A stretch of 38,675 bases of DNA from the IMG/VR virus record IMGVR_UViG_3300030117_004050, positions 1 through 38,675 of that record; one strand, given 5' to 3'. Positions 1 through 7,815 of the stretch are shown here, one piece after another (the first letter of the stretch is position 1; the number at the start of each line of letters is the position of its first letter). The DNA is from a virus (taxonomy: Duplodnaviria; Caudoviricetes). The translations under genes and the position numbers were made by a program. Below the pieces are notes generated by a model. The model searched no databases and was not told the origin of the DNA. It was given only the letters and a program-made list of their open reading frames with translations.

Positions 1-150
1 CCTTTCTTATTTCTTTACCCAGTTTTTATATTACAATGTAGTATGTTAGCTTGGGCTGCACATTCAAGAAATAGTACGGGTATGTTTGCTAACTATATGT
101 TGATTGCGATTATAGATGTGGTCGCTTTAGTGAGATTATTAACGATATGA
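1..150 (+). CDS. 3' end of a small hydrophobic membrane protein (partial)
   Basis: Frame 1 is open from base 1 (PFLFLYPVFILQCSMLAWAAHSRNSTGMFANYMLIAIIDVVALVRLLTI) to TGA at 148-150, which overlaps the next ATG (ATGA). Confidence 0.7.
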   Translation, partial: PFLFLYPVFILQCSMLAWAAHSRNSTGMFANYMLIAIIDVVALVRLLTI

Positions 151-752
151 ATAGTCATTATTTCCCTCTTGAATCTTTAATTGGTGGTTGGTATATACCA
201 GAAAGTGTGTGTGATGATCTAATTAATTATTTCAAAAATAATACACAAGATCATGAATCTACTTTAAGATATAATAAGTACGATCCAAGTGGTAAAAAGA
301 TTTTAACTAAACGAACGGTGCAGACAAAAAGAACAGACATACAAATACAACATGACGATTTTAGGTATCCTTTTCCAATGGTTTACAGAGAGTGGTTACA
401 AAAGTGTTTAACACAATATATTGAAAAATATCCAATGGTAGATAATGTAAAACAATTCAATATACGTTCTCCTTATCTAATTCAATATTATAAACCTGGT
501 GAAGGATATTTTGCAGAACATTTTGAGAATGACCATAGGAAAAAAGAAGGTGATAGAGTGTTGGTTTTTATGACATACTTAAATAGTGTTGAAAATGCTG
601 GCACACATTTTAAGTATCAAAGATTTACAACACCGGCGATTAAAGGTTTAACTTTAATATGGCCTGCTTATTTTACTCATGTACACTCAGGACAAATATC
701 GAAAGAACATGAAAAATACATTATAACTGGATGGTACACAACACATGATTGA
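147..752 (+). CDS. 2OG-Fe(II) oxygenase (prolyl-hydroxylase-like, phage type)
   Basis: Motifs IQYYKPGEGY..H-x-E, RVLVFMTYLN, G.T.F, LIWPAYFTHVH and KYIITGW are typical of aquatic-phage 2OG-Fe(II) oxygenases. Confidence 0.85.
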   Translation: MNSHYFPLESLIGGWYIPESVCDDLINYFKNNTQDHESTLRYNKYDPSGKKILTKRTVQTKRTDIQIQHDDFRYPFPMVYREWLQKCLTQYIEKYPMVDNVKQFNIRSPYLIQYYKPGEGYFAEHFENDHRKKEGDRVLVFMTYLNSVENAGTHFKYQRFTTPAIKGLTLIWPAYFTHVHSGQISKEHEKYIITGWYTTHD

Positions 753-1206
753 ATTTGATTACGATATAGATTATAATAATACATTCTTCAAACCAAACGA
801 TAGTAGATACCGTATTGGTAGAGGTGAACAAGGTGTGTTACTGGTTCGACCATATACAGATGTCATATGTAAACATTGGCAGTTTAAAACTCCTGTTATA
901 GCTGAGGAAAGTGCTATGAAAATATATCAAATGTATGAAGTCTATAAAGAGGAAAAAGATTTTATTGGTATGGATATGTGTCGCAAGTTTCTTGAAATGG
1001 GTTTTACAAGAGCTAGACGATATGCAAACCACCGAGATGGTAAGAAATATGATGAAAATGGTAATGTCAAACCACAGGAACCTGATGCACTCACTTGTGA
1101 GAAAGCTGTATCGGCCAGAATATTCAAAGAGTGGAGAGATAGGGTTACTGCTGATAATGTATATCAAACTATGAGAAAAGAATGGAGATTAAATGAGTCC
1201 CTTTGA
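745..1206 (+). CDS. DUF4385-like conserved protein
   Basis: YRIGRGEQGVLLVRPY and MDMCRKFLEMGFTRARRYANH match my recollection of this family. Confidence 0.75.
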   Translation: MIEFDYDIDYNNTFFKPNDSRYRIGRGEQGVLLVRPYTDVICKHWQFKTPVIAEESAMKIYQMYEVYKEEKDFIGMDMCRKFLEMGFTRARRYANHRDGKKYDENGNVKPQEPDALTCEKAVSARIFKEWRDRVTADNVYQTMRKEWRLNESL

Positions 1207-1576
1207 ATTTGTAAAACAGATACTACAAGGTAAGAAACAACTTATCGTTGATGATATAACAGAGAAAGAATACAAACCTTTCTTAACTAATCGTTCATTA
1301 AGTTACCATAAAGATTGTGTTATCTTTGCAAATGAGATGAATCAAAGGCATTTTTTAGATAATAAGATGCAGAATGACTTTTTACTAAATACTGTGAGAT
1401 CCATGAGAAGGCCTTTTTCAAAATGGTTAAAGCCAGGAAAAAGTGAAAATTTGGAATGTATAAAGAGATATTATAATTTTTCAGATTCAAAAGCTTTAGA
1501 AGCATCCCAAATACTCTCCAAAGAACAAATACAAGAATTGAAAGAGCTTACCGATACAGGTGGTAGAAAGAAATAA
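1193..1576 (+). CDS. 62: Clamp loader small subunit (T4 gp62)
   Basis: Y.PFL.NRSLS...D....ANEMN, RPFSKW.K and IKRYYNFSDSKA motifs; lies directly upstream of regA as in T4-like phages. Confidence 0.9.
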   Translation: MSPFEFVKQILQGKKQLIVDDITEKEYKPFLTNRSLSYHKDCVIFANEMNQRHFLDNKMQNDFLLNTVRSMRRPFSKWLKPGKSENLECIKRYYNFSDSKALEASQILSKEQIQELKELTDTGGRKK

Positions 1577-1578
1577 AA

Positions 1579-1983
1579 ATGGCAGATATAAACAACTTTA
1601 TAGAGGTTACATTAGGAGAACAAGACGATTTTTTAAAAGTTCGTGAAACGCTTACACGAATAGGAGTTTCGTCACGAAAAGAAAAGGTACTCTATCAATC
1701 TTGTCATATATTACACAAACAAGGTAGATATTATATCGTACACTTCAAAGAATTATTTGCATTAGATGGCAAACCATCTAATCTATCCGAAAATGACATA
1801 CAAAGAAGAAATGCAATTGCAAAGCTGTTAGAGGAATGGGGACTACTTAAAATCATAAATCCAGACAGAATTGGTAATAATGTTGCCCCACTACACCAGA
1901 TAAAGATTATATCCTTCAAGGAGAAGGATGAATGGAATTTAGTTGCTAAGTATAACATTGGTAAAAAACCAGATGAAACTTAG
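1579..1983 (+). CDS. regA: Translational repressor RegA
   Basis: DDFLKVRETLTRIG, LYQSCHILHKQGRYYIVHFKELFALDG and W.LV.KY.IG. Confidence 0.97.
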   Translation: MADINNFIEVTLGEQDDFLKVRETLTRIGVSSRKEKVLYQSCHILHKQGRYYIVHFKELFALDGKPSNLSENDIQRRNAIAKLLEEWGLLKIINPDRIGNNVAPLHQIKIISFKEKDEWNLVAKYNIGKKPDET

Positions 1984-1985
1984 TG

Positions 1986-1993
1986 ACTAAATA
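1986..1993 (+). promoter_or_regulatory. Putative T4-type late promoter (ACTAAATA variant of TATAAATA) for hsp20
   Basis: Lies in the regA-hsp20 intergenic gap directly before a structured leader. Confidence 0.55.
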
Positions 1994-1997
1994 GTAG

Positions 1998-2045
1998 TGT
2001 GACGCCGAAAGGGTCACAATTATTTAACTTGCTTATTTAAAGGAG
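1998..2045 (+). promoter_or_regulatory. Structured 5' UTR of hsp20: GAAA-tetraloop hairpin plus ROSE-like SD-sequestering hairpin (putative RNA thermometer)
   Basis: Hairpin 1 is TGTGAC-G-CC-GAAA-GG-GTCACA (1998-2018). Hairpin 2 is CTTGCTT-ATTTA-AAGGAG (2028-2045), with UUGCU pairing to the AGGA Shine-Dalgarno around a bulged G. Confidence 0.65.
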
Positions 2046-2053
2046 AATTAAAA

Positions 2054-2527
2054 ATGGTAGATTTTACTATTGGGCCACTTGTCCACTCAACTTTAGGTTT
2101 TGAGAGAGTATTTAATGATGTTGAAAGAATCTTGAATAACAGACCTGCATCAAGTTTTCCACCTCACAATATATTAAAGGTTGACCATAACAAATATGTC
2201 GTTGAGTTGGCTGTTGCTGGTTATCATAAAGATGAGATTGATATTACAGTAGAGGATAACTCTTTGGTTATCAAGGGTGAGAAACCTGAAAAAGATGTTG
2301 AAGGTGTTCAATACTTACATAAAGGTATAGGCACACGATCATTTACTAAAACCTTATCTGTAGCTGATGCTTTAGAAGTAAAAGGTGCTGAATTTAGAGA
2401 TGGTATTTTAAGAGTTGGTTTGGAAAATGTTGTACCAGATCACAAAAAACCAAGAAAGGTTGAAATTAAAAACAACCTCAACTTACTTAAACGGGAACTT
2501 TTACAAGAAGATAAAGAAGCAGCTTAG
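2054..2527 (+). CDS. hsp20: Small heat-shock protein (Hsp20/IbpA family)
   Basis: FPPHNI, YVVELAVAGY, YLHKGIGTRSF and GAEFRDGILRV..E..VP..KKPRKVEI define an alpha-crystallin domain; AGGAG RBS. Confidence 0.95.
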   Translation: MVDFTIGPLVHSTLGFERVFNDVERILNNRPASSFPPHNILKVDHNKYVVELAVAGYHKDEIDITVEDNSLVIKGEKPEKDVEGVQYLHKGIGTRSFTKTLSVADALEVKGAEFRDGILRVGLENVVPDHKKPRKVEIKNNLNLLKRELLQEDKEAA

Positions 2528-2531
2528 TTAT

Positions 2532-2555
2532 GGTGAGGCTCATGCCTCACCTTTT
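2532..2555 (+). terminator. Rho-independent terminator after hsp20
   Basis: GGTGAGGC-TCAT-GCCTCACC is a perfect 8-bp stem followed by TTTT. Confidence 0.8.
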
Positions 2556-2569
2556 ATTGGAGATATATA

Positions 2570-2746
2570 ATGAAATCGGTGACACCAAATCAAAATTATA
2601 AAATGAGTAAACAGATGAAAGTTTTACTATCTAATTGTCCTAGTGAAAAAAGACACATTTACAAAAAGATGGTAATTGAGGCAGAAAATACAAAAGTTGA
2701 TTTCTCTAGAAAGAAGAAAAAAGAGAAGGAGACTAAAAGTGAGTAA
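2570..2746 (+). CDS. Small basic hypothetical protein (58 aa, not in the ORF track)
   Basis: GGAG RBS, ATG at 2570, MKSVTPNQNYKMSKQMKVLL...KKKKEKETKSE, TAA at 2744-2746; fills the gap and overlaps the next start. Confidence 0.7.
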   Translation: MKSVTPNQNYKMSKQMKVLLSNCPSEKRHIYKKMVIEAENTKVDFSRKKKKEKETKSE

Positions 2747-3614
2747 CATTTTTATTGGTACTAATTTTCACAAAGATTTTCCCTTTTACTTTGACCAAGA
2801 TTGGTTGATACCTTGTTACGCAGGTGGCACAGGACCAGATGAGCATCACCCACCAAGTGATAAAGGTAAGTTTATCAATGTTACAGTAAAGAAGAGAAGA
2901 TATAATAATACAATCTTTGATTTTCGTCATTGGTATTCTAGTGTTTCTGAAGATAAATTCTTGAAAGCTATGGGCACTCAAGCTACAGATTATTACACAA
3001 TCAATAGCGCTCAAGATGCCGACTATCTTGGTTCAGCTTGTTACAGAAGATTTTTATGGTTGGACTCAAATCGCACAATGCCAAAACTTACCATGACTGC
3101 TTCAGAGGAAAGTTATCAACACTTAACAAGTGATCAAATGAAAGATAATGCTTTAAAATATCTTAAAGAATCTGACATAGTAATTAATCGTGAAGTAGAA
3201 ATACGGCAGACACCCTATCTGCTCCTCTCGGAATATGGCTCTCCTGAATCACAATATCTTGTTTCTCAATTAAAAGAATATTGGTTCTTATTTAAAGAAG
3301 GTATATTAAAAGCAAATCCAAGTTATGCTTCTTCAATGAAATGGTTTACAGAAAGTAAAGTCTGTAATTTTGAAGGAGTTTATGTAACAAAAAAACATTT
3401 AATGCGACAATTAGTAACAGAATATTTTTTAGCTATGGAACACGTTTGGGATAATACAAAAGAAGTTTATCCTGATAAAGAAAAAAATTCTTATGATTGC
3501 ACAGAGCCTTTTCCTTGGAGATATCCTGGTTTCTTAATGGAGAGATTTGTGCCATTTTTTATTCACGCAAATAAACTTAAAAAAACTGAAGTACCACTTG
3601 TGGTGTTAGGATAA
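2739..3614 (+). CDS. DUF4422-like glycosyltransferase-associated protein
   Basis: Probable GTG start at 2739 after AGGAG (ORF track starts at 2676). Motifs HK near the N-terminus, DYLGSACYRRF and RYPGFLMERF. Confidence 0.6.
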   Translation: MSNIFIGTNFHKDFPFYFDQDWLIPCYAGGTGPDEHHPPSDKGKFINVTVKKRRYNNTIFDFRHWYSSVSEDKFLKAMGTQATDYYTINSAQDADYLGSACYRRFLWLDSNRTMPKLTMTASEESYQHLTSDQMKDNALKYLKESDIVINREVEIRQTPYLLLSEYGSPESQYLVSQLKEYWFLFKEGILKANPSYASSMKWFTESKVCNFEGVYVTKKHLMRQLVTEYFLAMEHVWDNTKEVYPDKEKNSYDCTEPFPWRYPGFLMERFVPFFIHANKLKKTEVPLVVLG

Positions 3615-3616
3615 TC

Positions 3617-4645
3617 ATGTTAGATTTTTCAGACGAAGAAAAACTTTTAGATTCAAGATCAGAACTTTTAAATTCTATATCACCGAATTTAGAAGGTGAT
3701 CGCCTAATCAAAAAGAAAAAAATAAGAAAAGATTTATTTTACAATTTAAGAGCTGCTTGCCATAATTATATTATTGCAAATATGGTAGAACATGATCTTG
3801 ATACTGATATAAACAATTGTGTTTATCCAGATTTAAAACATTCTTTTGAGATTTTTCTTTTACAACACGCTGCAAAAATTAAAGATATGTCAAGTGTAAC
3901 ACCAAATGGTGTTATTCGACCAAAGAAAGAAACCTTATCTGAATTTAATTCTATTCAAAATGCTGTTGGTATGATTTTAGCAGATGCGAATATCAAAGCT
4001 AAAAAATGCAGAGTGCCTTTATCAATTAGAATTGTTACATCAGATGATGACTCATCTGTGCTTGAAAGACCAAGATCAAACCATAAATTACATAGTGATT
4101 TCTGGACTGGTGCTGTTTGTGATTTTGCAATACTCATGCCAGTTTTTGGTTCTCTTGAAACAATAGATGTTGCTTTTGGTGAAGCAATAGGATTTGATGA
4201 ATCATTTTTACAAGAAGTCACAAACTATTCTGATGGCCGTAAACTCTATAAAAGATTTTCAGAATATAAAACCAGAATGGAACTTGGTAGTATGTTCTTC
4301 CAAGATATATTCTGTTTACACGGCACTAGAAGAAGTGGTAAAGGCGCTAGAGTTTCTATTGACTTTACTTTACAATCAGATCAATATGAAGATACGATTC
4401 TACCATACTATTCAAATAAACATATAGAATCTGATAATCATATTAACTATGAAGAATGTTTAAGAGTAGGTAGAGATAGTTTTATTATAGAAGATGAATC
4501 AATTGCAGAGTTGAGAAAACATAATGACTATGATAAAATTAGTCTGATAAAAGGTGATGCAGCTGCAATTAAAAATCAAACATCAAAATCTTTAAGGTTG
4601 ATTGATACAAAAACCTTTAAAGATATACTAGAATTTGTGAGGTAA
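3617..4645 (+). CDS. Putative 2OG-Fe(II) dioxygenase (paralog A)
   Basis: H-x-D (LHSDFWTG), distal His (CLHGT) and RVSIDF; shares VTP.G.I.PK with the next gene. Confidence 0.65.
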   Translation: MLDFSDEEKLLDSRSELLNSISPNLEGDRLIKKKKIRKDLFYNLRAACHNYIIANMVEHDLDTDINNCVYPDLKHSFEIFLLQHAAKIKDMSSVTPNGVIRPKKETLSEFNSIQNAVGMILADANIKAKKCRVPLSIRIVTSDDDSSVLERPRSNHKLHSDFWTGAVCDFAILMPVFGSLETIDVAFGEAIGFDESFLQEVTNYSDGRKLYKRFSEYKTRMELGSMFFQDIFCLHGTRRSGKGARVSIDFTLQSDQYEDTILPYYSNKHIESDNHINYEECLRVGRDSFIIEDESIAELRKHNDYDKISLIKGDAAAIKNQTSKSLRLIDTKTFKDILEFVR

Positions 4646-4646
4646 T

Positions 4647-5585
4647 ATGAACTGTTGGTTAGAAGATAGAGCAAAAAGATTTAAGAATTTATTTACTGAA
4701 GATCAGTTAATAAACCCTTTCATAGCGGTAATAAAACCTGATAAGTACGATTTATCTTGGTTGAAAAAAAGTTCAATGGACTATTTGGCGGCTGTAATTA
4801 ATTATCCTGAGTATCAAGGTGAAACAGACCTACTTAATGCTTTTGAATTTGCATCTGAAAAAAATGCAATACCAAATGTAACACCAACTGGTATGATATT
4901 ACCAAAAAGACACTCATCATTACAGTATAATATTTTTTTAAGATCATTTTATAATTTAGTAATGAATACAAACGTAGGGCCTAAATTAGAAAGTTGTCAC
5001 ACACCAGCTCATTTAAGAGTTAAATGGCCTTTAGCTGTAGAGAAAGATTTAGATAGACCAAGACACGCACCAGAGGATTTACACTTTGATAGTTGGAGTG
5101 GTTATTCATCACATAGCATGACATTCTTATTGGGTATTCTTGGTGATGTTTCTGGTAATCGTGTTCGTTATTTTCAACCAAAAGAGAGTTTTGATGAAGA
5201 TTGGCTGTTAAATAAACCAACACCAGAATTTTTATTAGAACACTATGATGTAGTTGATTATGCACCAAAATATGGGGAAATTGTAGTCCTAGATACTTGT
5301 GTATTACATCAAACATATAGGGACGCTGGGTGTAAGATTCGATTCTCAATTGATAATTTATTTTTATCAAAAGAAAAATTAGCATGGCAAGAAAATATAG
5401 AGAAACATAGAAAAGATGAATTGACAGACCCTAGAGTATTAAGTGAAATTGGAAGTGATTGTCTTTATTTTTGTACAGATACAAATGAACAAAGAAAAGA
5501 CACTCAAGGCGGTGCTATAGACCCTACTAATTATGATTTTTATAAAAGACCTGTAACCATAACATATAGGATATATGACGAATGA
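4647..5585 (+). CDS. Putative 2OG-Fe(II) dioxygenase (paralog B)
   Basis: LHFDSWSG, VLHQT and RFSIDN; same motif order as the upstream gene. Confidence 0.65.
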   Translation: MNCWLEDRAKRFKNLFTEDQLINPFIAVIKPDKYDLSWLKKSSMDYLAAVINYPEYQGETDLLNAFEFASEKNAIPNVTPTGMILPKRHSSLQYNIFLRSFYNLVMNTNVGPKLESCHTPAHLRVKWPLAVEKDLDRPRHAPEDLHFDSWSGYSSHSMTFLLGILGDVSGNRVRYFQPKESFDEDWLLNKPTPEFLLEHYDVVDYAPKYGEIVVLDTCVLHQTYRDAGCKIRFSIDNLFLSKEKLAWQENIEKHRKDELTDPRVLSEIGSDCLYFCTDTNEQRKDTQGGAIDPTNYDFYKRPVTITYRIYDE

Positions 5586-6046
5586 AACTATCAGATAATT
5601 TTTCTTTGAAAGAAATGATTAAGAGTCAAACAGCTCTAAGAAAAGATATTGATAATGAACCAGGTGAAGAAGAAATTGAAAACTTAAAATTACTTTGTGA
5701 AAATGTTTTACAACCAGTAAGAGAAAATTATGGCAAAGCAGTAAGAGTAAATTCAGGATATAGAAGTCCTGAACTTAATTCAGCAATAGGTGGTTCTAAA
5801 ACATCAGACCATTGTAAAGGATTTGCGGCCGATATAGAAATTAACGGAGTTGCAAATGCTGAATTAGCAGAATGGATAGAAGCGAATTGTGATTTTAAAC
5901 AATTAATACTTGAGTTTTACACACCAGGTATTCCAGATTCCGGATGGGTCCATGTGTCGTACAATGAAAATGGTAACGATAAAAAAGTAATGACTGCTAT
6001 GAAAGAAAATGGCAGAACAGTTTACAAGCTAGGATTAATCGCATAA
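5582..6046 (+). CDS. Peptidase M15A (Zn D-Ala-D-Ala carboxypeptidase-like), candidate endolysin
   Basis: LS.NFSL.E, SGYRS.ELN.AIGGS.TS.H..G.AADI and WVHVSY. Confidence 0.9.
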   Translation: MKLSDNFSLKEMIKSQTALRKDIDNEPGEEEIENLKLLCENVLQPVRENYGKAVRVNSGYRSPELNSAIGGSKTSDHCKGFAADIEINGVANAELAEWIEANCDFKQLILEFYTPGIPDSGWVHVSYNENGNDKKVMTAMKENGRTVYKLGLIA

Positions 6047-6065
6047 ATTTAAGGAAAGGAAAATT

Positions 6066-6761
6066 ATGAGAAAAAGTTTTATATTAGGTATTATTATTGC
6101 ATTGTTACCTTTTAGTTTTATTACTAATAAAGCAAGTGCAGAATGGACATCATCAGCAAATGTCGGCCTCTTTTCTGAATATAGATTCAGAGGTGTGAAA
6201 CAAACAGAAGATGCACCAGCTATTCAAGGTGGATTTGATTTATCACATTCAAGTGGAATTTATCTAGGTAATTGGAACTCAAATGTTGAGTTTGGTAATA
6301 CATCTTTAGAGATGGACTTTTATGCAGGATATTCTTTTGATATTGGTGGTTTGAATATTGACATTGGTGATCTTTATTATTATTATCCCGACAATTCAGG
6401 TCAAACTCCAAACATAAATTCAAATGAAGTATATGCAATTGCATCATATGGACCTTTTAGTGGAGGATACCATTACTTTACAACAGAATGGTTTGGTGTT
6501 GGTGATGATAGTGGTTCAACATATATGCAAATCAATATTGATTTACCAATCACCGACAAATTAACTTTATCAGCACACGCTGGAAGTTCTGACATAGAAG
6601 GTGCAGTTGGTTCTAATTATGAAGATTATAGTATTAGTGCTGTTTACGCTATGCAAAATGGATTTGATCTTGGTTTAGATTATATTCAAAATAATGGTAG
6701 CGGCTGTACAAGTGCAGCTTGTTCTTCAGGATCTGTTATCAGTATTTCAAAATCATTTTAA
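6066..6761 (+). CDS. TorF-like (TIGR02001-type) outer-membrane beta-barrel protein
   Basis: Signal peptide ending ASA-E, SEYRFRGVKQT...PAIQGGFD, G.W.SNV, EMDFYAGY, YYYYP and a C-terminal Phe (ISKSF). Confidence 0.85.
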   Translation: MRKSFILGIIIALLPFSFITNKASAEWTSSANVGLFSEYRFRGVKQTEDAPAIQGGFDLSHSSGIYLGNWNSNVEFGNTSLEMDFYAGYSFDIGGLNIDIGDLYYYYPDNSGQTPNINSNEVYAIASYGPFSGGYHYFTTEWFGVGDDSGSTYMQINIDLPITDKLTLSAHAGSSDIEGAVGSNYEDYSISAVYAMQNGFDLGLDYIQNNGSGCTSAACSSGSVISISKSF

Positions 6762-6764
6762 TAA

Positions 6765-7358
6765 ATGGACCTCATAGGTGATTCTGATGTTTGGCCAACA
6801 CTTGATTGGAAACACCTATGGGTGTATGATAAACTCATACTTTCTAAAAAATTAGGCCACACTTGTGGCCCAGCTGGTATACCAGTACCAACACATGATG
6901 AATATGTAGTTAGACCGATTACTAATTTAGAAAGTATGAGTGTTGGTGCTAGATTACAATGGTTACAACCAGGAGATAATATTGAACCTGGATATTTTTG
7001 GTGTGAGAAGTTTACAGGCGAACACATTACAGTAGATTATAATTATGGTAAACAATCAACAACAGTTAAAGGTTACCCTAGAAAAGGCCGACTTGATAGG
7101 TTCGATAAATGGGAACTTATAGATAGGCAAATACCATTTCCAAAAAAGTTAGATGATTTACATGAAAAAGAATGGGTAAATATTGAAATGATTGGAGGCA
7201 ATATAATCGAAGTACATTTTAGGTATAATGATGATTTTAGAAACCATAATGGCAAAGTTATCTACCCAGTTTGGAAAGATGAAGAGTTGCCACAACCAGA
7301 GGGCTCAATGTGGTATGATAGTCCTTGTAAAGATAGATTAGGACATTGGGTAATATGA
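6765..7358 (+). CDS. Conserved phage hypothetical protein (possible ATP-grasp-like fold)
   Basis: WVYDKLILS..LG..CGPAG..VP, YVVRP..NL, FWCE.F.G.H and NIE.IGG.IIEVH.R.N motifs; fold assignment is tentative. Confidence 0.6.
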   Translation: MDLIGDSDVWPTLDWKHLWVYDKLILSKKLGHTCGPAGIPVPTHDEYVVRPITNLESMSVGARLQWLQPGDNIEPGYFWCEKFTGEHITVDYNYGKQSTTVKGYPRKGRLDRFDKWELIDRQIPFPKKLDDLHEKEWVNIEMIGGNIIEVHFRYNDDFRNHNGKVIYPVWKDEELPQPEGSMWYDSPCKDRLGHWVI

Positions 7359-7570
7359 CAACTAATATAGAGTGGATGATTAATCACAAAACAGAAGTTA
7401 ATACTATATTGATGCACATTCAGGTTCTTGAATTTGAAATTGAAAAAATGGAATCTGATTTGAGTCCACAGAATAAAGCTAATATGAGAGATGGTCTTGT
7501 ATATTTAAAAGGCCGAGTTGAAGATTTGAAAGATGATTTATATAAGTTAAAGATGGGAGATATATTATGA
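7355..7570 (+). CDS. Hypothetical protein (coiled coil)
   Basis: ATGA overlaps at both ends; ATG at 7355 preferred over TTG at 7346. Confidence 0.65.
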   Translation: MTTNIEWMINHKTEVNTILMHIQVLEFEIEKMESDLSPQNKANMRDGLVYLKGRVEDLKDDLYKLKMGDIL

Positions 7571-7815
7571 GTAAGAGAAGATGGCGACCAAACCCAAGAC
7601 AAGAGTTTGCCAAAAAAATGGCCATAGAAAATAAATTACCAAGAGCAGAGAGGTATGATATTGTCAAAAGAGATTTTGATAATTCTGTTGAACTTATTGG
7701 CTATGTGCAAGACCCTACAAAAAATATGAATGACTTTAGGGGTCGAGAAATGTTATTTCCAAAAAGATGGGTCACCTTAGGTGTTTTTAAACAAACATCA
7801 CAGATGCCCGTTTAA
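7567..7815 (+). CDS. Hypothetical protein
   Basis: GGAG RBS; TAATG coupling to the polymerase start. Confidence 0.7.
   Translation: MSKRRWRPNPRQEFAKKMAIENKLPRAERYDIVKRDFDNSVELIGYVQDPTKNMNDFRGREMLFPKRWVTLGVFKQTSQMPV

Noticed and set aside
1998-2018. Hairpin after regA considered as a simple terminator or tRNA fragment
   Set aside because: It lacks a clean U-run and a cloverleaf, and it lies downstream of a late-promoter motif, so it fits better as the first hairpin of the hsp20 leader. A weak terminator role is not excluded.
2676-2738. ORF-track N-terminal extensions (2676, and likewise 10288, 20004, 23158, 35884)
   Set aside because: They overlap upstream genes; downstream starts with an SD or stop-start coupling fit better.
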